This document shows, in pieces, positions 52,273-60,711 of a DNA stretch of 64,000 bases. Numbering within the stretch: position 1 is the stretch's first letter; the number at the start of each line of letters is the position of its first letter. The notes beneath the pieces were generated by a model that made no database searches, was not told the origin of the DNA, and worked only from the letters and a program-made list of their open reading frames with translations. A program made the translations under genes and the position numbers. Origin of the DNA: Pseudomonadota bacterium (lineage in GTDB: Bacteria; Pseudomonadota; Gammaproteobacteria; Pseudomonadales; Cellvibrionaceae); assembly GCA_040385335.1 (NCBI GenBank), contig JAZKHP010000021.1:68516-132515 (forward strand), given 5' to 3'.

Positions 52273-53234
52273 TTCCTTTAGTGATTACTGCAAAAAATGA
52301 AGAAAAGGGTATTGCGCAATGCCTTTACTCAATTTTAAGTTCGGTTGCGCTTATTGAGAATTCACATAATATATATTTCGATGTGATAGCCGTGCTTGAT
52401 GATTGCACCGATAACACCGAATCCATAGTGCGAACATTTTCGCGAATTAAAATATTAAAATCCTCTGGTGGAATTGTAACTGCACAGCGAAAATTTTACG
52501 AAGCAACCAATGCGGATTTTATTATTTTTTCTGATGCTGATATTTATGTAGAAGCACAAGCTCTGTTAGCAATTGCAGAGGTAATGCTAAAAAATGCCGA
52601 CCTTCGTATTGCGTATCCTTTAAAGCATCCCTTAAAAACATTAAAAAATAGTATTCTTGCTAAAGCGTTGTACGTATATAACAAGCACAACGGCTTTCAA
52701 ACAAAGCGGCATTACTTTAACGGCAGGCTGTTTGCCATTAGGAATTGGTTTATTCCTTCTGTTGACGAACTTCGAGAATCGATACAAAAGTTGCCGGTAT
52801 GCAAATTTTATTGCTATGAAGAGGGAATTAGAACCGATGATATTTTTCTATCGCGATTTATTTTAAACACTTTTGGTAGAGATTCTATTAAGGAAGTATC
52901 TTCGGGAGCCATATATTATCGTCCGCCTGAAACATACCCTGGTATGTATCGTACCTATAGGCGCATGCGAATGGAGATAGAGCGATTAAATAATTTGTTG
53001 CCAGAAACCGTTCCTGCGCATCAGCAAAGCGGCATCAGACAGTACGATTGCCAAGCTATAAAAAATGCAAACTTTATGGATGTATTTTATTGGTATATAT
53101 TTCGCTGTGCTTTGCAAATATGCAAGGTGCATTATGTTATTGAACGGTTTTGGTTTCAGAATTTTGCAACGAGGAGATGCCCCGCGTGGGAAACAGTAGA
53201 AGAAAGCAAGTTGCCAATACACATAGAGTTGTAA
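52269..53234 (+). CDS. GT2 (GT-A fold) glycosyltransferase
   Basis: 'LVITAKNEE', 'LDDCTDNT', DxD in 'IIFSDAD', 'RTDD'. TTGA overlap with the upstream gene. Confidence 0.82.
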   Translation: MIPLVITAKNEEKGIAQCLYSILSSVALIENSHNIYFDVIAVLDDCTDNTESIVRTFSRIKILKSSGGIVTAQRKFYEATNADFIIFSDADIYVEAQALLAIAEVMLKNADLRIAYPLKHPLKTLKNSILAKALYVYNKHNGFQTKRHYFNGRLFAIRNWFIPSVDELRESIQKLPVCKFYCYEEGIRTDDIFLSRFILNTFGRDSIKEVSSGAIYYRPPETYPGMYRTYRRMRMEIERLNNLLPETVPAHQQSGIRQYDCQAIKNANFMDVFYWYIFRCALQICKVHYVIERFWFQNFATRRCPAWETVEESKLPIHIEL

Positions 53235-54028
53235 TTCCGGAAATTACGCCACTCGAAATATGGGACTCTATAACGCCGCAAGGTATTTTATGGGATTCAA
53301 TGTATAAGCAGGATTTTCCTGAAACCCTTAAAAATGTTATTCAACAAATTCACGCTGGCTTGGCGGTGACGGCATCGAAACTGGAAATCAATCCCATTTC
53401 AAGGGCTTTCGATGCATTGTATGTTGCGGGTGGCGGCGCTCTCGATCCTCGCATTATTAATGCCCTTAAGCAGTTATCTGTTCCAATAATCGTTGCTCCG
53501 GATCCTGTTTTTTCTGGGGTTCCTGGCGGGAATAAAATTCTTGCCAATCATGGGCTGGAAGGGATTGTGATTGATCTTGGACAAACTCAAATTAAAATAG
53601 CTAACGCTGGCGAATTGCATACTTTTAAAAGGGATTTTGCTGCAATCCCCATTCGCAGTGAAACAGAAAGCGAGCAAGATGCTGTCCAGCTCCAATCATT
53701 TGTACGCTATGTTAGTAGCAGTATTGCGGAGACTATAAAAAATACAGTAAAGCCAAAAGGAATAGTGTTGGCGTTACCTTGTGATATAGATAATGACGGA
53801 GTTCTGGGTGGAAGTTCATACGCAGGCATGAAAGGGAATGCGGATTTGGTTGACTCAATTATCCATCATGCAAATTTAGAAGATGTACAGGTGTTGCTGC
53901 TGAATGATGCCGAGCTTACTGCTGCCAGTGCTCTTCACGATAAAAATGTTATTAAGTTTAATAAAATTCTTGTTATCACGCTTGGCTTTGCGGTTGGTGC
54001 AACAATATTGGAGCCAAAATGCAATTAA
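53186..54028 (+). CDS. ROK/sugar-kinase-like (actin-fold) protein with unusual motif order
   Basis: 'IVIDLGQTQIK', 'LPCDIDNDG', 'LLNDAELTAA', 'ITLGFAVGA' correspond to ROK motifs. In-frame GTG at 53186 lies 9 nt after GAGGAG. Confidence 0.72.
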   Translation: MGNSRRKQVANTHRVVIPEITPLEIWDSITPQGILWDSMYKQDFPETLKNVIQQIHAGLAVTASKLEINPISRAFDALYVAGGGALDPRIINALKQLSVPIIVAPDPVFSGVPGGNKILANHGLEGIVIDLGQTQIKIANAGELHTFKRDFAAIPIRSETESEQDAVQLQSFVRYVSSSIAETIKNTVKPKGIVLALPCDIDNDGVLGGSSYAGMKGNADLVDSIIHHANLEDVQVLLLNDAELTAASALHDKNVIKFNKILVITLGFAVGATILEPKCN

Positions 54029-54912
54029 CGAAACTCTATATTTCACCTCACTTTGACGATGTAGTTTTTTCCTGCGCGGGTAAAATTATTGCTGATGTTA
54101 AAAATGGTTTTAGGGTTGTTGTAGTAACCGTCTTTACAAAAAGTAATACGCAAGATTTGGCAATCTATGAAGCACGAAACGCAGAAAATGACGAGGCACT
54201 TTTAATTCTGGGTGCTGAGGGGATTAATTTAGATTTTTTAGACGCACCCTACCGCCATCCATTTTATAATTCATTTCGCACGCTGCTACTTGAAAGGCAT
54301 CCTTTAGATGATGTGGAGTATGTTTCGAGCATTGGAGTTGCTTTGAATGATTTATGCAATGTTATATCGCCGATGGAAGTTTATGCTCCTTTAGCTGTTG
54401 GGAGTCATATTGATCATCGCCTTTGTTTTGAAGCTACAGTTAATCATCTATCTTATCCAATCACTTTCTATGAAGATCGCCCCTATTCCTTTGCCGCTTT
54501 TGCGGTTGAAAGCAGATTAAAATCCTTGGGTGTGAGATTAGCTACAGGCCAAGAGTTATGGGAAGTTATGACACCGGAAAATATAACTAGACATCTATCA
54601 AGCCTTAGCCAATTGGTGTTTGTTGATAAATACTTGCCACCTGGAGAAACAAGAAATGAGTGCTTCGATTTAATAGCTAAAAATCTATCGGTTTTACCGA
54701 GTTTACGGTATCAAGGAGTAAAAAATATTTTCACTTACTCAATGGCTGAAGCAGAAACTATTAGTCAGGCCGTAAATGCTTACCAATCACAACTTGCGGA
54801 TTTTTGCGGAAGCTCACAGCAATTTCTATTGCAGACAGAAAATTATTCTAGTCAGATAGCGGGTAGTTCGCAGTACTCGGAACGATTTTGGAGTTTTAAG
54901 AAACTAAATTAA
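54019..54912 (+). CDS. PIG-L/LmbE-family N-deacetylase
   Basis: 'ISPHFDDVVFSCAG' (HxDD), 'LDFLDAPYR', 'GSHIDH', 'FYEDRPY', 'YQSQ'. Confidence 0.88.
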   Translation: MQLTKLYISPHFDDVVFSCAGKIIADVKNGFRVVVVTVFTKSNTQDLAIYEARNAENDEALLILGAEGINLDFLDAPYRHPFYNSFRTLLLERHPLDDVEYVSSIGVALNDLCNVISPMEVYAPLAVGSHIDHRLCFEATVNHLSYPITFYEDRPYSFAAFAVESRLKSLGVRLATGQELWEVMTPENITRHLSSLSQLVFVDKYLPPGETRNECFDLIAKNLSVLPSLRYQGVKNIFTYSMAEAETISQAVNAYQSQLADFCGSSQQFLLQTENYSSQIAGSSQYSERFWSFKKLN

Positions 54913-54955
54913 TTTTTTATGATGCATATCTAATAATAATCAAAAACTCTAGCAA

Positions 54956-54986
54956 GTAGGTGTAACGCACATTGGGCGCTTACACC
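54956..54986 (+). repeat. Single REP-like hairpin
   Basis: GTAG foot followed by an imperfect stem GTGTAAcgc...gcgcTTACAC; only one copy noticed. Confidence 0.3.
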
Positions 54987-55255
54987 CGTGTAGTTGACTG
55001 CGGTGATAAGAGAATATTTTAAATATTCTATATCGTGATGGCGACAGGGCTTTCAGAAGATTCTCGGGTAATGCTGGGAATGATGCGGCAAAATCTAACT
55101 GCGGCAAGGGGGTATTCTAACGACACGATGTAGCTTACAATCAGTCGGAAACAATGTACCAGTGGCGGTACGCATAGCTATTTCAAAAGCTTCATGCGTT
55201 ATCGTTTTCAAAAATTTGAACTTCATTTGCAGTTGATTAAAAGAGCCTTTTTTAT

Positions 55256-58200
55256 ATGGATATACCATTTCTTGATCATGACCTCTACTCCGAACACTAC
55301 AACGAATTACAAAGCCTATATCAGCAGGACTTGTTTCGTGATTTATGGGATAAGGCAACGCGCTGGTGGGGGCATGATCCTTGGCCCACGGCGACGCTGG
55401 AGTTATTGCGCGCACGCACGCTGAGTAACTTGGGTAATGATCGCCCGTCTGATGCATTGCTCTGGCGACTCTGGCGTAAACATCCGCAGCTACCTGGGCT
55501 TGCCCCGCTGGTGGCTGGGCTCTACCGCCGTCGCAGTCCCTTGGTTGCCTTGCGTATGCTGCCAGTTATTAAATCGCGCGCTCAACCCAATGCTAAAGAT
55601 CAAGCCTCTTTGCAGCGAGAAAAAGCAGAAATACTCATGCGCTTTCGTGATTTTGCTGCTGCAGAAGAGTGCTTGTCTGACTTGGAGGCATGTGGTGGCG
55701 ATTGGCATTGGGTGTCACTAGCTGGAGTTAAGTATGCGCAAGACGATTACCCGCAAGCGTTAATTATCCTCAACAAAACCCTCGAGCGTAATCCGCGCTA
55801 TCGTCCCGCGCTCTTGTTTAAAGCCAATATTTTGCAGTTACAACAGGATTTGACTCAGGCTATTGCTGTACTTGCTGATTTCTGGCTCATTAGTCAGTCA
55901 TTTTGGACCGGGCAATTGTTGTGCGGTTTTTATATCGAGAATCAGCAATATGCACTTGCCTATCAATGCCTGGAACGGTTAAAAACCTTGCCTGCTGTTT
56001 CCAGCAGGGATTCGGAGCGTTATTTACGTGCACTGCAAGCAGATCTGTTGTGCGCCGAGCAGCGTTACGACGAAGCGCTTAACTATATCGAGCAAAAAAG
56101 TTTTTTTGGCAAGTCGATTGTCGATTCTATTAAGCGATCAGTGAGTAGTAAAACGCGCAAGGTGCTTGATGTACCTTTCGTGCGTCAGGCTAATATGACC
56201 TGTGCCCCTGCGAGTATCACTGCAGTTGCTGCTTATTGGAAAGTAAATGTCACTCAGGCCGATGTGATTGAAGCTATTTGTTATGGTGGCACCCAAGCGG
56301 TAGATGAGCGCCGTTGGTTGGAAGAAAACGGTTGGTACGCACAGGAGTTCCAACTGAATTGCGCTACCGCTAAAAGCCTTATCGATTTGGATGTGCCAGT
56401 TTTGCTGGCCACTGTCGAGCCGGGTAGCGCCCATTTACAGGTATTAGTGGGTTACGATGAGGCCCTGGGCACCTACTTATTGCGTGACCCTTATTATCGC
56501 CGCTTGCAGGAAATGCTGATCGAATCCAGCCATGAATATTATGCTGCCTCCGGGCCGCGGGCTATGGTCATGGCGCCACTTAGTTATAGCGACAAAATCA
56601 AGTCATTAAATCTTCCTTCCGCCGCACTTTATGATTGCCTTTATCAATTAAATCGCGCCCTGAATGTTAATCAGCGCGAACAGGCTGTTGCTCAATTGCA
56701 GCAGGCCTGCCATTTGGATTCGCATCATCGTTTAACGATTACCTGTGAGCGTGCGCTGGCATTTTACGATGGCGACGAAACACGAATCCTGGCAGCTACT
56801 GAAAAGTTGCTAGCGCTTTTCCCCAAGGATGTGAACTTGCAATTGAGCAAAGCCAGCAGCCTTTATGCGCTAGGTTCTAGTAAACAAATGCTGGATTATT
56901 TACAGCCTATAGTAGAGCAAACTAATAGTCATTTTTTGGTGAAAAGCCGGCTTGCCGATCATTTGCGTCGTGATCACCGCCAACTGGTGCGCATTGAATC
57001 GCTTTACAAAAATTTGTTGAGGGCCAATCCGACTTACACCGAAAATCTCTATGCCTATGCTGGTGTTTTGTGGGACAAAGGTAATTACGCAGAAAGTTAT
57101 CAACTGTATCGCTTTGCTGCGTGTCTTGAAGATACTAACGAGCGTTATACCGAAAGTTTTTTCAAGGCTGCTCGGTATCATAATGATACGGAAAAAGGTT
57201 TAAATTTTCTGCGCGATAGATTTAAGCGTTTTGGCAATAAGTCCTCTGGTCCTGCGATATCGTTGTTTAATGCCTTGGACAGTCTGGAATTAATCAACGA
57301 AGGGCTTGCGATACTCGATCAAGCCATAGCCTTGCGCCCGGATGATGGTTGGATAAAGGTGTTTGCTGCGCGCAAATTGCTTAGCCAACAACAGACTAAT
57401 CGGGCTTTGCAATTGGCGGAGCTTGCTAAGCCGTTGGTTAGCGAAGTCCGTTACAACGAATTGGCAGCTGAAATTTTTGAATGCCAGTTAAATCCCGTTG
57501 CCGCTATTCAATGCTTTGAAAAAATTCTTCAACTGGAACCGCTGAATACCAAAGTTAACCGCAGCATGATGCGCGTGTTAATTGAGTCTGGCGAGCGCGT
57601 CAACGCTGATGTATTTATAGCGCAACAACTCGCTCGTTTTCCCGATAACTCTATGCTGCTTGAGCTTTATATTGATTGGCTCGATAAAGGAGATTATCAG
57701 GCTCGGGCCAGTGCTTATCAGCAATTTATTCAGTACCACCCCATGGATGCATGGGGCTTTCGCGGGTTAGCTGAGGCATTGTGCGATCTGGATTTATACG
57801 ATGCTGCTCTTAAAGCCGCAGAGGAAGCAATTGCGGTGGCCAATAACAGTAGTGCCAGCCATTGTCAGCATGGCAAAGTGTTGCTGGCCAAACAGCAACG
57901 CGAGGCTGCTCGTCAAAGTTTTCGCAAAGCCATTGAGTTGTCTTGCGATTACACTTATGCCTATCCATTGTTGATGCAATGTGGTTTCAATCACACAGCC
58001 CAACAGGAAGATTTACGTTTTATTTATGAACAACTAATGGCTCAGGTGAGTTATGGCGATGGCCTGCTCGAATACCAAAAAGTGGCCTGGCAACTTTTGT
58101 CTGCTGCAGAAATAGTTCGGTTTCTCGAGCATGCATTAGAGGTGCGGCCAGACCTGTGGCACTCCTGGGTCGCGCTTACTCTGGCTTATCGCACTCACGG

Positions 58201-60226
58201 GGACAACTTGAGAGCCCTACAGATTATTGAGCAGGCAGCGCAACGCTTCCCCTTGCTGCCGAGAATGTTTCTGGAACTGGCCGAAAGCCATACCTTGTTA
58301 AATCAATTGGATTCTGCAGAGCAGTATTATCGTCATGCGTTGCAACTATCGCCTGGCTGGACTACACCAGCAAATAATCTCTGCGATTTATTAGAACGGC
58401 AGGGACGTTATGAAGAGGCTATAGACATTCAGAAAGCCAGTATTGCACGCAGCCCCCTGTCTTCTACGCCTTATGGTTATCTCGCCGATTTGTTAATACG
58501 TGAGCAGCGCATTGATGAGGCAATTGCGGCATTGGAGCGCGCGCTGGAAGTAGACCCTCACTATTTATGGGGTTGGCACACTCTGTATAAATTGCAAAAT
58601 GAACGCGCGAGCGGGCAACCAGTGCTTAACAAATTGATATTGGTTTGCAAGACATTTCCCAACGATGGTGCTTTGGTACTCGCACATGTCAAGTTACTTG
58701 AAGATGATGTCAAGGCGAGCACAATACTCGCCACTTTTTTAGAAAAAAATCCGCATCATATTGATGTATGCATTCAGTACGTAAGATACCAAGTAGGCCT
58801 TGGACATATTGACCATGCGCTGCAATTTACCAGTGAAGCCTATTGGAATAATAATCGCCCGCTCACTATTTTGGCGGCTGAAGCGCAAATCTATGCTGAG
58901 AAACGCGAGATGGCTCAAGCAATAAAAAGCATGGAAGAAGTGGTACACATTAATTCAAATTTTTATGATGGCTGGCGTTATTTGGCGCGCTGGTATTGCG
59001 ATATAAATGCAATAGAGCAGGCTCAGTCCGCGATTGATCACTGTGTTAGGCTATATCCTAATGATCCCGGAGTGCTCTGTTATGCTGCCGAGCGGTTGCA
59101 GACGATTGACGGTGATAAGGATCGAGTTGGCAATTTATTGCAGCGTGCGTTCGAGCTTAACCCTATCAATCAGTATAACGGCTTGACCTATATTGATTAT
59201 ATTCTTGAGCGCGAAGAAATTGATCGTGCCGCAGAAGCATTAGCATTATTGGAGCGTCACCAAAGTAATATTTACACCCGCTACCGAGCGCTCTTGATTC
59301 ATATTGCGCGGGAAGAGTCTGCCGCTGCGCTCGATATATATCGTAGTATTTTACAAGATAAAAATAACTCCGATTGGCTCGTACAAAATGCTTGGGAAAA
59401 GCTGGGTAAGGTGAAGCAAGGGACAAGTGCTGCTTCCATTGTGCGTGAACTGCGCGCGAGTGATCAGCTGCAGGGAAGTGGTGCTGGATATTCTCTTGCG
59501 GAGTTTGAATTGCAGCAACTGGGATTCAAAAAATTCGAACAAGAATTATTGAAAAAAGTATTGAAGGATGGTTTTGACAAGCGTTATTTGGAAGCCTACA
59601 TCCGAAAATTAATCGACACTGAAGCACAATTGCCGTGGAAAATTATTGAAAAGTATCAATCGTTGTTGAGCGATGATTTGAAAAATTGGGGTTTGGTAGG
59701 CTATCTGCATGTAGTCCAAGGTCGCTGGGGTGAAGCCGTCAGCTGGTTTAAGCGCGGTTCACTGCTAACACAAGCCGAGGCCGGGTCGCTCTATTTTTAT
59801 TCGATAGCGCTGCGTGAAACTGGTCAATGGGAGAGGGCCGCAAGTGTAATGAGCGATGCGTTTAAGCGTGAGCCGGATGCTTATCGTGAGGATATTGTTG
59901 TTTGGTATGCGCTGGACCAATTGCTTGAGTTGCGCACAGCCCCGCTGGGAGAGCTGGATTATATTCGTGCAGACCAGCTTGCTAGTCTTAGCGCCTATCC
60001 TTTTAAGCTTGTCCAGCTTCTCGCCAAAACAAAAGCAAAATCTTTTGATCAGACACATATGGAATTCGCCGGTGATTATCTGGAGTGCAAGCAGACATTC
60101 CGCAAAGTCAATTCCTTATCCTGGCGGCATGCGCGAAAATTAGCTCGACGTTTGTTTGTGAGTGGTTTACAACAGCAAGGGTTTGCGCGTTGGCGTTGGT
60201 TGTTAAAAATTGCCAGTCGAATTTAA
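55256..60226 (+). CDS. 1656-aa TPR-repeat protein with an embedded C39-like cysteine peptidase domain
   Basis: 'VPFVRQANMTCAPASI' (Gln and Cys316), 'AHLQVLVGYD' (His393), 'LRDP' (Asp411), flanked by many TPR-like helical repeats; no signal peptide. Confidence 0.8.
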   Translation: MDIPFLDHDLYSEHYNELQSLYQQDLFRDLWDKATRWWGHDPWPTATLELLRARTLSNLGNDRPSDALLWRLWRKHPQLPGLAPLVAGLYRRRSPLVALRMLPVIKSRAQPNAKDQASLQREKAEILMRFRDFAAAEECLSDLEACGGDWHWVSLAGVKYAQDDYPQALIILNKTLERNPRYRPALLFKANILQLQQDLTQAIAVLADFWLISQSFWTGQLLCGFYIENQQYALAYQCLERLKTLPAVSSRDSERYLRALQADLLCAEQRYDEALNYIEQKSFFGKSIVDSIKRSVSSKTRKVLDVPFVRQANMTCAPASITAVAAYWKVNVTQADVIEAICYGGTQAVDERRWLEENGWYAQEFQLNCATAKSLIDLDVPVLLATVEPGSAHLQVLVGYDEALGTYLLRDPYYRRLQEMLIESSHEYYAASGPRAMVMAPLSYSDKIKSLNLPSAALYDCLYQLNRALNVNQREQAVAQLQQACHLDSHHRLTITCERALAFYDGDETRILAATEKLLALFPKDVNLQLSKASSLYALGSSKQMLDYLQPIVEQTNSHFLVKSRLADHLRRDHRQLVRIESLYKNLLRANPTYTENLYAYAGVLWDKGNYAESYQLYRFAACLEDTNERYTESFFKAARYHNDTEKGLNFLRDRFKRFGNKSSGPAISLFNALDSLELINEGLAILDQAIALRPDDGWIKVFAARKLLSQQQTNRALQLAELAKPLVSEVRYNELAAEIFECQLNPVAAIQCFEKILQLEPLNTKVNRSMMRVLIESGERVNADVFIAQQLARFPDNSMLLELYIDWLDKGDYQARASAYQQFIQYHPMDAWGFRGLAEALCDLDLYDAALKAAEEAIAVANNSSASHCQHGKVLLAKQQREAARQSFRKAIELSCDYTYAYPLLMQCGFNHTAQQEDLRFIYEQLMAQVSYGDGLLEYQKVAWQLLSAAEIVRFLEHALEVRPDLWHSWVALTLAYRTHGDNLRALQIIEQAAQRFPLLPRMFLELAESHTLLNQLDSAEQYYRHALQLSPGWTTPANNLCDLLERQGRYEEAIDIQKASIARSPLSSTPYGYLADLLIREQRIDEAIAALERALEVDPHYLWGWHTLYKLQNERASGQPVLNKLILVCKTFPNDGALVLAHVKLLEDDVKASTILATFLEKNPHHIDVCIQYVRYQVGLGHIDHALQFTSEAYWNNNRPLTILAAEAQIYAEKREMAQAIKSMEEVVHINSNFYDGWRYLARWYCDINAIEQAQSAIDHCVRLYPNDPGVLCYAAERLQTIDGDKDRVGNLLQRAFELNPINQYNGLTYIDYILEREEIDRAAEALALLERHQSNIYTRYRALLIHIAREESAAALDIYRSILQDKNNSDWLVQNAWEKLGKVKQGTSAASIVRELRASDQLQGSGAGYSLAEFELQQLGFKKFEQELLKKVLKDGFDKRYLEAYIRKLIDTEAQLPWKIIEKYQSLLSDDLKNWGLVGYLHVVQGRWGEAVSWFKRGSLLTQAEAGSLYFYSIALRETGQWERAASVMSDAFKREPDAYREDIVVWYALDQLLELRTAPLGELDYIRADQLASLSAYPFKLVQLLAKTKAKSFDQTHMEFAGDYLECKQTFRKVNSLSWRHARKLARRLFVSGLQQQGFARWRWLLKIASRI

Positions 60227-60440
60227 GTATTATATTTGGCAAATATTATTTCCAGGAATAGAGCGCTTTTCCTGAGCAATGTTGGAAATTTAAAGCTTCT
60301 TAATACCTGTGTGGTGCCTGGTCGACTTTTTACTATTTATATGGTGAGGTGTAATTTCATCAGATGAATTAAATTCATTCGCCTCACTACTGCGGTGAAG
60401 CTTTGGTATGAGAGACGCACATGAAAATAAGCGATAAATA

Positions 60441-60517
60441 TGGTGGGCCCAGCTGGACTTGAACCAGCGACCTGCCGATTATGAGTCGGATGCTCTAACC
60501 AACTGAGCTATAGGCCC
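60441..60517 (-). tRNA. ileX: tRNA with CAT anticodon, most likely tRNA-Ile2 (lysidine-modified)
   Basis: Reverse complement GGGCCTATAGCTCAGTTGGTTAGAGCATCCGACTCATAATCGGCAGGTCGCTGGTTCAAGTCCAGCTGGGCCCACCA folds as a cloverleaf with encoded CCA. The position downstream of rpoD matches ileX in E. coli. Confidence 0.9.
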
Positions 60518-60570
60518 TTATTAATGCAAGGAAACGTAATGCGGGGCAAAGCCGGTGAGCTTTGCGAGTT

Positions 60571-60603
60571 GCGCATTATAGAGACTTGTTTAGGGTGTGG
60601 CTA
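60571..60603 (-). promoter_or_regulatory. Sigma-70 promoter for the tRNA with a GC-rich discriminator
   Basis: Minus strand TAGCCA-N17-TATAAT-GCGC. Confidence 0.6.
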
Positions 60604-60631
60604 TAGCTTGTAACTTGTTGATGCGTATAAA

Positions 60632-60663
60632 AAAACAAAGCCCGCGATTGCGGGCTTTGTTTT
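60632..60663. terminator. Intrinsic terminator of rpoD
   Basis: AAAACAAAGCCCGC-gatt-GCGGGCTTTGTTTT. Confidence 0.8.
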
Positions 60664-60711
60664 GTTGATTAATTGTTCAATTAATCTTTTGATGCATTTA
60701 CTTGTTAGCTA

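Noticed and set aside
6592-53185. Longest-ORF starts at 6592, 16060, 16252, 19520, 33550, 39337, 47421, 49256 and 53150
   Set aside because: Downstream starts fit RBS position, signal peptides or family N-termini better (e.g. AsnB needs Cys at position 2; ClpB begins MRIDR).
60441-60517. Calling the CAT tRNA a tRNA-Met
   Set aside because: The acceptor end is fully paired and there is no run of three G-C pairs in the anticodon stem, which argues against initiator tRNA; the position after rpoD matches ileX. Elongator Met is not strictly excluded without a covariance-model search.
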